Assembly (NCBI GenBank): GCA_946965045.2
Contig: OX337238.1
Span: 1,798,001-1,862,000 of the forward strand
DNA: 64,000 nt
Direction of reading: 5' to 3'
Origin: Epithemia pelagica
Taxonomy: Eukaryota; Protista; Bacillariophyta
Program-made: the position numbers and the translations under genes
Shown: one piece after another, positions 13,901-25,064 of the stretch
Position numbering within the stretch: the first letter of the stretch is position 1
How the letters are laid out: each line of letters starts with the position of its first letter
The notes under the pieces: model-generated
Databases searched by the model: none
Told to the model about the DNA's origin: nothing
What the model saw: only the letters and a program-made list of their open reading frames with translations

Positions 13901-15846
13901 AGTCCACTTCCTCTGACCATTATCGTTTGATGCACTAAATTTGATTCAGGATTGCCAAGCGACGAGGTGTATTCAAAGTTGAGACGGTGGGAGATTGCTA
14001 TGTTGCAGTCTGTGGTCTTCCCGACCCACGAAAGGACCACGCAGTTGCCATGGCCCGTTTTGCCCGTGATTGCTTTAATAGAATGCACGAACTGACGCGA
14101 AAACTAGAGATCTCGCTCGGACCTGATACAGGTGATTTGGGAATTCACAGTGGTCCGGGTAAGGTTTGAAAAAAAGGCGAAATGTGTATTGTAAGGTGCT
14201 GTGTCCCTTCTCACCCGTCCTTTGGATCATTCAATTGCGCAGTGACGGCTGGTGTTCTTCGTGGTGAACGATCACGATTTCAACTTTTTGGTGACACCAT
14301 GAACACTGCATCAAGAATGCAGAGTTCTGGGCTGGTAAACCAGATTCAAGTATCCGAAGAAACGGCTAAATTAATAACAAATGCCGGAAAGGAACATTGG
14401 TTAATGGCTCGAGAGGACCAAGTAGTGGCAAAAGGTAAGGGGATGCTGTCCACCTTTTTGCTCAAGATTCCTGGCGATCAGTTCAGTAGCGATAAGTATT
14501 CGGAAGGAAACTCTTCCTGCCATGATACAGCAACCTTGTCTACACAGGACCGCAACAAGTCATCTCGCTTGATTGATTGGTTTGTAGAGGTACTCTCATC
14601 GCTTCTGAAACAAGTTCTGTTGCAACGATCGAAAGAAGGACGTAAAGTGTTGAAATTGAAAGATCTTGCTCAGCTGGAAGCCACGGTGAATCAAAGATTG
14701 GCGTCATCCAAGTACATGGATCGGAAAGCAACTATTCGGGAACTAACAGATATGCTTCCATGGCCAAGCTTGGGACAACACAAGTCTACTAAGGATGTCT
14801 TTGCCCATCATATCTTGGAAGGGGATGAGGAGAAAGCAGAACTTCCCCGACCTGTATTGGAAGAGTTGGGGTTGTTTGTGGCCAAAATCGCGTCGCTTCA
14901 TGGTGACCATGCGTTTCATAATTTTGAACACGCTTCTCACGTTGCCATGTCCATGATCAAGTTTCTGTATCGATTAGTTCAACCACCACCATCTAAATAT
15001 GCAGTGGGACTACAACGGACAAATTCGTTGACACACAGTCATTCGTCTACGACTGGTCTTGAGTTCAACGAAAGCGACTCTGCCTATGGTATTATTCTTA
15101 CTGATCCTCGGATAAAGTTTGCATGTGTCGTTTCGGCGTTGATCCATGGCGTGGATCACAGGGGTGTTTCGAACGCGCAGCTTGTTCGCGAAGGTCATGA
15201 ACTTGCATCACGATTCCACTATGTCTGCATTGCCGAGCAAAATGCATTGGAAATATCGTGGAACACCCTAATGAGAGATCAATTCAAGAATCTCCGTCTC
15301 GCAATCTATACTTCCGAGACGGAGATGCTCGAGCTCCGACACATTCTGTTTCATGGTGTTCTCGAAAAAGATCCTTTCAATATTGAACGACAGGCAGCAC
15401 GAAATGGCCGTTGGAACAATGCATTTCCAGAATTAGACGACATTAATCGGCATCAAGACAATGGTTCAACCGATCTTGGCCATCGACAAAAGGCTGTGGC
15501 TGTCATGGAGCACTTGGTGCAGGCATCGGATATTGCACACACTATGCAACATTGGCACATCTATCGCAAATGGAACGAGCGTCTGTTCTTGGAGAGTTTC
15601 GTGGCTCACGAGGCTGGGAGGGCAGACGCAAGTCCGATCGAGTACTGGTACCAGCAAGAATTGGAATGCTTTGACTCGCACGTTATTCCCTTGGCTGAAA
15701 AACTCCAATCGTGTGGTGTATTCGCTGGTTCAAGCGATGAGTACTTGTCTTATGCCAGAAGGAATCGTGATCAATGGGAAATTTTTGGTCACCAACTTGT
15801 GTTTGCAATGGCTGACAAGGCGCGAGCGAAAAAGTGCGCTTGCTAG
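10957..15846 (+). pseudogene. Cyclase-PDE fusion, paralog 3; probably disabled
   Basis: Same architecture as paralog 2. In-frame TAA at 11251-11253 (QQ*TQRETRRLLVW) before TM1. The cyclase lacks 4 residues (GDL-GIHSGP versus GDLSLRVGIHSGP in paralog 1). The PDE HD motif reads HG (LIHGVDH). Confidence 0.8.
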
Positions 15847-16227
15847 TTGATGGTTCTCTACGGATAGGCTTGTTTTATCTTGTCCCTGGACGTTTCAAGA
15901 GCCATTTACGAAGCACTAGTTCGTTCAAATAGACATGTTCGTTTCGGGGGCAATAGAAATGGGTTAACTTTGTCTTACAAGTGTTGGTTCCCTGAGGGCC
16001 TTTGTCTTCTCACTCCTTTCTTGATTCAACTCTAGTCTATATAATGCTGCCCACAGTAAAACGCAACGAAGGCAATGTATTGCGTGGTCCAGAAACATGT
16101 TCCCGTCAAATACACGCTGTAGTCAAAATAGACGATCGCAATGATGCTCTAGCTTCGAACCACGGTAGTAGCTAGGAGTTGCAACGATCGTAGCGACACC
16201 CCCATTCTTAAATGTCATCCCCATAAT

Positions 16228-17262
16228 ATGACTAATATAACCCCCCCAATTGTTGGCCCGCCCCAAAATCAGTTTTTTTTCGGTTCTTCATCATTCACCA
16301 CCATGGCCTTATTGAAGACCACCAAGCGGTTGTCCCGTCGAAAAGGGTCAACCAATAGTCGTGGCAGTGGTAGTCGATGGAGTGCCAGCCAATATGTGTT
16401 CTGTATGATGATTGGGTTTGCAGCGGTGGCTGTGTTGGTACTGGTGAGTGTCTTGCGAGTGACAAACAACCACCAACCCGACAGTTCGGTGGACAATGAC
16501 AGCAACGAGTCCCAACCACGGAGCAACCAACTTCGTCAGGCACAGGATCCTGGCAGTTTGACTGGAGAGGGACAGGAAAAGGGACACAAGAAAGTGAATG
16601 CCGATACCGATCACAAGGCACTTCGTCGTGACACTGCCAAGGGGCATGACAAAGATACTACAACCCACCTTGCCACTGCCGAGGATGGTAATTCTTCGCC
16701 TCCAAAAGAAACTTTAATCCTATCAACAGATGTAGGAGAGATTCGGATTGTCTTGATGCCTCAATACTCGGCTCCGTCGGTCCAGTATATACACGAACTT
16801 GTCGATAGTGGACACTGCGATCGATGCACCTTTTACCGGGCTGAGAAGAAGGGTATTTTGCAGGGTATTATCAAATCCAAGACCATTAATGTTCCCGCAG
16901 AAAAAGGATTGTGTCCTCCAGGTATGGAAAAAGTAGCCACGGGAAAGTGTCCGGAATGGGATCCCAGTTGTGCTTGCCATGGACCCTTGATGGAACGAGG
17001 CATGGTCGGATGGGCGGCCGGAAAGACTGGACCTGATTTTTTTATTGATGACTATCGGGCACCAGCCAGATGGTGGGGTACTCAACATACAGTGTGGGGT
17101 CAGATTATGGATGACAAGTCCCTCAATGTCATTGATCACATATGGTCCCTACCGGCCACCAGAAAAGGGGGTCTCACGTACCTGAATTCTCACATCCAAT
17201 TCACAATGAGAATAGAGATACAATCACAAAGCGCGAGCACTGGATCTTCTGCGGTTGCTTGA
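16228..17262 (+). CDS. Cyclophilin-type PPIase-like protein with N-terminal membrane anchor
   Basis: Hydrophobic stretch (VFCMMIGFAAVAVLVLVSVL), then a cyclophilin-like core: GEIRIVL, CTFYRAE, GMVGWAAG-TGPDFFI, HTVWGQI. The true start may be MALLK (about 16303). Confidence 0.7.
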   Translation: MTNITPPIVGPPQNQFFFGSSSFTTMALLKTTKRLSRRKGSTNSRGSGSRWSASQYVFCMMIGFAAVAVLVLVSVLRVTNNHQPDSSVDNDSNESQPRSNQLRQAQDPGSLTGEGQEKGHKKVNADTDHKALRRDTAKGHDKDTTTHLATAEDGNSSPPKETLILSTDVGEIRIVLMPQYSAPSVQYIHELVDSGHCDRCTFYRAEKKGILQGIIKSKTINVPAEKGLCPPGMEKVATGKCPEWDPSCACHGPLMERGMVGWAAGKTGPDFFIDDYRAPARWWGTQHTVWGQIMDDKSLNVIDHIWSLPATRKGGLTYLNSHIQFTMRIEIQSQSASTGSSAVA

Positions 17263-17522
17263 TTTTCGAGGAACTGGCCAAAGACATCTTCAGATTCGGA
17301 TGGCGGTGACTACCTAGTTGGACTTATTTGCGATGCTGTTGGGATTCCTTCCAGGTTTCTTGAAAACGCACAGTGCTACTTAAAGCATGATGAAGCAAAG
17401 AGGAAAGGATACCATAGCATTGATGGTGCTTCAAGACAGTGTCGGTCCGTGAGGTCAATCATGTCTAGCATCAAAGTGTACTTGTTAACTCATTCTTACT
17501 CTCTATACATCTAACTTCCAGG

Positions 17523-19343
17523 TCATTTACTATCCACCACGACGACATCATCCATAAAATCAGAAGAAGGCTGCAGTTCTTGCTCTCCTTCCTTTTCGTT
17601 TTCAGACAGCAGCGCGATCTGACCCAACAGAGAGTCGAACTTGCTTAGGTCAGGACGATATCCATCAATCTCAATACGCTTGCAATCAATGGACTCGTGA
17701 GACAATCTGCCTCGAAATTGGCTGGAACCGGAACCAACGCAAATGCTAATCAACTCAACGCCATCGTACACCTCTTGCTTGTATTTCTTGAGAAGAGCTC
17801 CGAAAAAGTGGCCATGGCAACTGGTATTCTCTCCTTCGTCCGACACCAAAACGATACGCGAAATCTTTTTCTTCTTTTCGTAATACGGCCACAAGGCGGC
17901 TGCCATGGACGTTGCGTTTCCTGCCTTGATCGTCCGAACAATCTCCAAGACGTGTTGGACCGTTTCAGGTCGCTTGTATGGCGAATTGACTTTGCGCGAG
18001 TCAAAAAATGACAGCTTTCCCTCAAAGCACGTTGAGATCATGGCGGCAATGATCGTTGCTGCCTCAATGGCACTTTGCATCGAAGCTGACTTGTCACCAA
18101 AGATGACTGTTACGCCATTAGTGTTGTCAGAGCCCGCCCACTTCTCCTTCAGAGCTCCCAACCGCCGTGCCGCCGCCGGAATGAGGAGCTCCGCTACTTC
18201 GTTCCATCCCAAGGGATTAAAACGTAAGGATGCGCTCCAACAGTTTTCCAAACGATTCCGTAACCTTGGAGCTCTCGTCCATCCAGTTGGAGTTCTTCAA
18301 ACGGTGCGCCATGATTCCTGCCACTTCGGAACTTGCTGAGGCTGCGATTTCCTCCAAGTACCAGATGGCTGTGCTGATTGGAATATTTTCGGCCAAGAGC
18401 ATCGCAATTTCCTTGTTCTGGAGCAAATGATTCTGCATTCGCAAGAAATTAAACGCCTGATATACTTGAGGATGATTCTTTGCCAAACCGTGAAACTTTG
18501 TGGCGAGATCTTCTGGAGGGGCGTCGACAAGAGAACGCATACCACTCACAAAGGAGTCGGCTGGTAACTCTCCGCCGTGTGCAGCCGACAAAAAGTAGGG
18601 CACGGCAAAGTCGCTTGGAGCAAAATGCACCCAATCCGCCAGCTCTTTCCACAAGTTCAAAGAGCCAGACATGACAACGAATTCCAAAATATCCGCTTTT
18701 TGCTTGTTCGCCCAATGACGGACTTTCTTTGCAAATGCACCACTGAGTGATGCCGAACCGATAATCTCCTTGACTGCTGATGCATGCTTCTGGTTGATGC
18801 GTTCCAGATCCTGAGATCCACGACTACCGTACAAGAGCGACTTTGCAAATTTCAACTCGGCACGATAAACATCAATTTTTCTCTTGCGCTTCTTCTTGGG
18901 TTGGTCCGCATTCTCTTCTTCCATCGCGTCCCGTTGATGCTTCCGATTCTTTTGGAATTTGCCTTTTCGCCGAGACGTCTTGACCTCGTCCTTCTTGGGG
19001 GTCTCTTCCTCTTGTTGCAAGGCAGGGTGAGCCAATTCGATTGCCGCAATCTTTTTTCCAGTTGCTTTATCAAACGTGGTCGATCCAGGATCTGGCACGC
19101 CTTCACGACGGCAACAACATCACAATGGGAAAGAAAGCCGTCCAAAAGCTTGGAATGTCCAGTCATGTGCAGCGTAGCCAGAATCATGGCCTTGGTTGGC
19201 TGACTTAGAGTCGAAACAACGCCCTTGTCGCAAACGTGTTTGAGTTCCTGCAAATATTCCGTCTCATTGGTCATGCACATTTCAACGTGTTGCACGAGGC
19301 ATGGATTGGAAGAGAAAAAGACATCGCGAATAGAGGACTTCAT
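17523..19343 (-). pseudogene. VWA-domain protein (TROVE/Ro60-like layout uncertain), split over three frames
   Basis: ORFs 18852-19388, 18217-19098 and 17523-18251 join into one protein through frame changes near 19052-19057 (A-run, LEKK-IAAIELAH) and near 18217-18222 (ILTF-LGWNEVAELL). The C-terminus has a MIDAS-like GDKSASM and IVLVSDEGEN. Confidence 0.65.
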
Positions 19344-20170
19344 GGTTGTGTTTTTTGCTGATAAATAAAAAGGGTTTAGATCGTGCAAACCTAGCCACGA
19401 TGTTCAATTCTATGAGCTTGGTTTGTGAACCAATGGTGATTTGATTTTATGAGCTTGGTTTGTGGACGAAAGGTCCCTGTGATTGTGGTATTGAGACGTG
19501 GACATGCTGCAGGTCTTCAATCGCGCAGAAACGTGAACAGTAGGGACGGGACAAACAAATGACTGGCCATATCAAAGCGGCACCCGCTTCTTCGGGTCTC
19601 CAACTTGCCTGTTCCAACAGTTTTCTTGTCACTGTCAACGATGAAACGCCAAATACCACAGTTGCCACCTTTGGTCATCGAATGTGCACTACACCAGAGG
19701 CTCATAGTTTATGGTTCCAGGTCTCGCGTGTGGCAAAGCCATCCCATTGCCCAAAAGATCGGGACTCGGACTCGCATCTACCGCTCGACTCACATCACAG
19801 TGAACGACGAACAACGGAGAGACCGACACTCGAGGTACAGCGGGACTCGGACCTTCGGAAATCCTCTTCGGACTTCGAAAACTCAGATCCCGTACACGGA
19901 AACAAACTGAAAACGGCACAACACACAATGCACATGCATGGACAGCCATCTCATCTTGCTAAACAAACAAACATAACAAAAGGCAACGACAACAATAGAA
20001 CACGAACGCCTCTTCAGACCTTTTCAACTTCCTTTGTTTACAAGCCACTGTCGCATTTACGCAAGATGAGGAACAAACCTTGCAAACAAGCAGCACCTCG
20101 AACATGGATGCCATATCCATTCCTCCGCAAGTCTTGGGAACAGAAATTCTTAAACATTTAGCCCCACCCA

Positions 20171-21219
20171 AAACGGTCTACATTCCCGATCCATATCGAA
20201 TGACAATGGATGTACTAAAGGCTACTTGGGCCACGGATTGGTGTGACCTTGGCAAAGACAACGGCACCGCAAAAAGCGGCATACAAGACACCAACAAAGG
20301 CCTACAAGGTCACGACAATGGTCATGCCTGTACATTTGCGAATATCGGGTTCATCGGCACTAATACCACTGTAAATCAACCCATATCCCACCTGGTATCA
20401 TACAGATACCAACAATCCAACAGTAGCACACATGTGTGCACAACGACAGTATGAGAAAACAAATGGATTCATGGATACAACACAAACATGACAACCACCT
20501 CTTGCCAAATGTCCCTAGTGTCTTGTGCGTGTGTGTACACGTACCGTACTAAAGGTGGCCTAACTCAAAGCAAAGGTATCAACACAAAGGCATTGGTAAA
20601 GTAATCTGCTTCAAAAAAGTCCACGCCACCCAAACACTTGGGATGATGATGTCCCAATCCGTACAAGACCGCGGCAAAGAGCAAGGTCGAGACCAAGAAT
20701 CCGACGGCGGCATTCATAAAGACGGCAGCAAAACTGGACCGGAAAGACCACTGCAAATAATGAACAACTCAGGAATGCAAGGTAATACCCAACCACGAAC
20801 AATCACCCCCGCCATAATGCAAATCCGTCGGACTGTGCGACAGTGAAGATAAGGATGACTTTTTCTTGCGAATGGTACCGGGTCGACGAGGACGCCGCAA
20901 TTGCGAGGACAAACCCACACCATCCCAATCCACACCAGGAATTCCGACGTTGACGATGACGATGGCGATCACGTTTGGTCAAATTGTATTGCGTCGGATT
21001 GTGCACGCGTTGTCGCAATTGCGGTAATCGAACACTATCCTCCTTGACCGCCATGTCGTGGTCGTCCTTGTCGTGACGACTGTGTTGGACCGGTGATGAG
21101 GACGGTGCATCGCTGGTGGAGGACGCATGACGGTGGTTGTTGCGTAAAATCGTACTACTGCTATGCGTGGGTTGAGCTTCCACATCCTTGTTCTTTGGGT
21201 CGTTGTCGTCCTTTTGCAA
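20171..21219 (-). pseudogene. Inward-rectifier K+ channel (Kir)-like pseudogene, not visible in the ORF track
   Basis: Manual translation gives M1 (WSFRSSFAAVFMNAAVGFLVSTLLFAAVLYGLG), pore DTFALS*ATFST-intron 20544-20392-VGYG, M2 (TIVVTL*AFVGVLYAAFCGAVVFAKV) and QSVAQVAFSTSIVIRYG. Stops at 20769-71, 20560-62 and 20302-04, plus frameshifts. Confidence 0.7.
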
Positions 21220-21759
21220 AGATGGCTATGAGTCTCGAACGGAGCTTGTCTCTTGTTGTCGTTGATGGTCGAATCCTTCTTCTGGCGGTTCATTCAGGAC
21301 AGTGTCAATCAACATCATCTCATAATATATATATGAGGAATAAGGACACCAAGAGAAGCGAGGGAGCAACGATCCAAAGGACATAAAATCATTTTGGAAA
21401 TCCACTCATTCACTTACAAAGATATGAGACAATGCTGCCACGGCCTTGGAAGCTGCCAAACCAACTTTTCCTGTCAATCGAGCAGTTTCCTTGAGAAAAG
21501 TGGCTTGAAAGGGAGCACAGTCCAATCACACGGTCTTGTTGTCGTTATTGTTGTGGCTGGGAGCCATTAATGAAGGCAATGGCATATCAAACCAAAAGGT
21601 GGGCGGTCGAAACGGCGGAAGGGTGCATTGGGAGAATCTGCTTTCGTTCGGTTTCGGCCATGGTGATGGTGGTGTTGAGATATAATACTATAAAAAACTT
21701 GAGACCGAGGGTCAACAACTGTTGTGAGTGTGAAAGTAACTTTCGAGAAATCGAGGAGG

Positions 21760-22589
21760 ACTTGACGCGAGTAAAAAAATGACAGCTTTCCCTCCAAGCA
21801 CCTTGAGATCGTGGCGGCAATTATCGTTGCAGCGAAGCTGAATTGTCACCAAAGATGACTGTTGCGCCATCCATTAGTGTTGTCAGAGCCCGCCCACTTC
21901 TCCTTCAGAGCTCCCAAACGCCGCGTCGCCGTCGGAATGAGGAGCTCAACTACTTCGTTCCATCCCAAGGGATTAAAACGTAAGGATGTGCTCCAACAGT
22001 TTTCCAAACGATTCCGTAACCTTGGAACTCTCATCCATCCAGTTGTAGTTCTTCAAACGGCGCGCCATGATTCCTGCCACTTCGGAACTTGCTGAGGCTG
22101 CGATTTCCTCCAAGTACCAGATAGCAGTGCTGATTGCACTGTTTTTTGCCAAGAGCATCGCACTTTTCTTATTCTGGAGCAAATGATTCTGCATTCACTG
22201 GAAACTAAAAAGCCTGATATACTTGAGGATGATTCTTCGCCAAATCGTGAAACTTTGTGGCGAGATCCTCTGGAGGGGCGTCGAGAAGAGAACGCATACC
22301 ACTCACAAAGGAGTCGACTGGCAACTCTCCGGCGTGTGCAGCCGACAAAAAGAAGGGCACGGCAAAGTCGCTTGGAGCAAAATGCACCCAATCCGCCAGC
22401 TCTTTCCACAAGTTCAAAGAGCCAGACATGACAACGAATTCCAAAATATCCGCTTTCTTGCTTGTTCGCCCAATGACGGACTTTCTTTGCAAATGCACCA
22501 CTGCTGAGTGATGCCGAACCGATAATCTCCTAGACTGCTGATGCATGCTTCTGGTTGATGCATTCCAGATCCTGAGATCTACGATTACC
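21760..22589 (-). pseudogene. About 830-bp partial duplicate of the VWA gene segment 17988-18828
   Basis: Colinear, high-identity copy (by eye about 90%) with a deletion of about 20 nt (GCCTCAATGGCACTTTGCAT) and a CCAT duplication. Confidence 0.9.
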
Positions 22590-22664
22590 AAACAAATCTT
22601 GCTGTTCCTACCATGAAACCACAGCCCTATCATCCGAGAACACACGCTGCCCACCACCACCACG

Positions 22665-24146
22665 TCAACCACCATGAGCCGCCGCCGGTTTTTGTTGACG
22701 CAACAAGGCCGAGATTTGTTGGTCGAGTCGTGTGCGGGGAGGGCCTCGCTTTGAATTTGTTTCGTCCTTCACACCAAATTGGCGACAATACCGCAAAAAG
22801 ATGCAGGCGTCATCATTGCGCAAGGCATCCGGTTCTTGTCGATCGACCAAGGCGGGAATGAATTTGGAGGGATACGTGGGGAGTAAATTCAGTTCCCGTC
22901 CTTGTCGTCGTGGTGGTCGACCTGGAACGATCCCCGTCGTAGTAGTACTATTCTTCAAACCATTTGGTTTCGTCTTTTGTTCGGTCGTGGTCGCTTGTTT
23001 CATTCCATGGAGTTCATGGCCCAGGGACTGGGAGTTCCAATGAACGGCCGATCGCGAAAAGTCGGAGGGAGAATGATACACGTGTTGGGCTCGTAGTAGG
23101 GTATACCAATCGGCCCACAATTTCAAGGTTTGATCCGTCGACGTGGTTAGATTCTTGGTACGAACCTTGGTCCCATCGGGATGCCACGACAAAAAGACGG
23201 CGCCATGATCAATGGGTTTGTCCACCCATTTTTTATCGTAGGACCATCCACAGCAAAAGTGAAATCGATGGTACCAATCGGGCCGGTTCGTCACCAAGTA
23301 GGTGCCATTTCCGACCAGTAATTGACCCAAATGGTTCAAGGATTCCCGGTCCAACCCCCGTTGTTTGTCACTCTCACCATCGGGCTCTCGCAAATGAACC
23401 ACGACTTGTGGTGGTTGTTCCGGTGGATAGGGCAAGGAGTGGAGCAAGGCAGATTTGGGACGGTAATAGTGGTGAAAGAAATCGGGGGGAATTTTGGACC
23501 GCCATCCCGGATAGGTATTTCCCGAATATCCCACGACAATCTTTTCGGGATCGGACAAGATTTGTTTGACCTTGCATTCATCGACTCGTCCCGACACAAA
23601 ATTCCAAATGACAAAATTGTACCCCTGTTCCCATTCGTCGGCCCGGTCACAGAGTTGGGAATACTGTTGGGGCTGGGCATAGTCAAAGGCTTGAAAAAAT
23701 TCGGGCCATACCACACAGACGGTTCGATTAAATTCCTCACCCAACAATTGGGCAGCCAACAACCCTTGCATCACATTGCCTGCTCCTTGACCATCACTGG
23801 AACCGGCAAAGACGAGGTAGCGATGACCATTGGTGGGTGGAGGAATGCGGGGTTTGCGGTTGCGAAAGGAATAGGGACGTCCAATGCGATGAATATTTTT
23901 GTGGTCCTGACGAAGCTGGTCATCCAGTATGCAAAAGGCCTTGTACAAACCAAAACAACAACCCAGAATCGTCACAACACCACAGAGCTGCACACAGGTA
24001 CGAACGGTCCGCACGGAAATGGGGGTCCGTTTGCGGCGGTGTCGTTTGTCCATTAGTGGCTTCACCATCCTTGGCGTAGGTGACACGTCAAGAACGGGTG
24101 TCGCAGAAAGAATGGCTAATGGCATAAAAGCCACAAAGAGGTCCAC
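22665..24146 (-). CDS. Type II membrane glycosyltransferase, fucosyltransferase-like (GT11/GT23/NodZ-type fold)
   Basis: N-terminal TM (VQLCGVVTILGCCFGLY) and motifs GQGAGNVMQGLLAA, VVVHLREPD, YLVTN and WADWYTLLRAQHVYHSPSDFSRSA. Confidence 0.6.
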   Translation of the reverse strand: MDLFVAFMPLAILSATPVLDVSPTPRMVKPLMDKRHRRKRTPISVRTVRTCVQLCGVVTILGCCFGLYKAFCILDDQLRQDHKNIHRIGRPYSFRNRKPRIPPPTNGHRYLVFAGSSDGQGAGNVMQGLLAAQLLGEEFNRTVCVVWPEFFQAFDYAQPQQYSQLCDRADEWEQGYNFVIWNFVSGRVDECKVKQILSDPEKIVVGYSGNTYPGWRSKIPPDFFHHYYRPKSALLHSLPYPPEQPPQVVVHLREPDGESDKQRGLDRESLNHLGQLLVGNGTYLVTNRPDWYHRFHFCCGWSYDKKWVDKPIDHGAVFLSWHPDGTKVRTKNLTTSTDQTLKLWADWYTLLRAQHVYHSPSDFSRSAVHWNSQSLGHELHGMKQATTTEQKTKPNGLKNSTTTTGIVPGRPPRRQGRELNLLPTYPSKFIPALVDRQEPDALRNDDACIFLRYCRQFGVKDETNSKRGPPRTRLDQQISALLRQQKPAAAHGG

Positions 24147-24314
24147 TTCATGATCTAAGAAAGCATTGCCGCAAGGTACCTTTGTCGACGTTTCAAAATG
24201 AAATGTTTAAAAGAAAAATGGGTGGCCGCCAATTGGAATGGGGGCGACCTTGAGAGTTGTTTAGAGGTTTAGGGGGCGAAGGAGAAACGAGCGTCCCCAC
24301 TACTTGATCGCTAG

Positions 24315-24561
24315 TGCCTCGTATCACCGTGTGCCCATTACAGGCCAAAACGACCCAATGGGTACATGTTTTCAACTAGATAGATCATGACTAATATTAG
24401 GCCTACGGCAACATGTGGATGCTCAAACTTTTTCTTTAAGACATCCTCTGGCACCCTTGGATACCATATGACACCGATATATGACATATCTAGGTCATAT
24501 GAGCGTCTCCGTTGGAGGGTTGTGCTTGATTTTCGGCATGTGGGCACATGTGTGGGCACAT
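24315..24561 (+). repeat. Left terminal inverted repeat of the piggyBac-like element
   Basis: Blocks shared with the reverse complement of the right end: TAGATAGA, AATATTAG-CCTACG, TCTTTAAG-CATCCTCTG-CACC, GGTCATATGAGCG and ATGTGGGCACAT. Confidence 0.8.
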
Positions 24562-25064
24562 GTGGGCCCAGTGGGGACATTGATTCTGGTGGTCCTATGA
24601 CAGTCCTATGACTATGGTAGGACGTCAAGATCTTTTTCGCATCCAACGCATCATTTTCGCGCCATTTTTTATGCCATGGTCGACTTCCCCAACGTGTCCC
24701 AGGCGTGCGCATGGGGGAACTGGGGACTGTTCCGGCGCTAAGATTTGGAACTCGGAACCCCACGGGGGACAAAATTTTAAAAATGTGCGCAGTCTTAACT
24801 CTTAACCCAACAACAATCCGACAGCCTACAATGGTGAGATATATGTTTGCGCTCCCTTTGAACAGTCCCCATCGGGATCGTTCATCGTGATGAGGAGCGC
24901 GTCCGTTTGGGAAGTGCTTTGTGCTCAAGAAATTGAACCTTTTGGTAATGAGCACCATTACCAAACAGTGTCAATTTCGTGAGCACAAGGAGTAAAGAAG
25001 ACTACTGCAACGAAGAGGAGAGGAGAGAAACAACCAGGGTGCCAACATTGAGAGCAAGAAGAAA

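Noticed and set aside
19411-19464. 17-bp direct repeat TATGAGCTTGGTTTGTG as a regulatory site or element end
   Set aside because: Only two copies, 37 bp apart, with no supporting structure. Most simply a local duplication.
24802-24808. TTAACCC as a canonical piggyBac left end
   Set aside because: I found no matching GGGTTAA downstream of the transposase, and the long TIR pair ends at CTAG instead.
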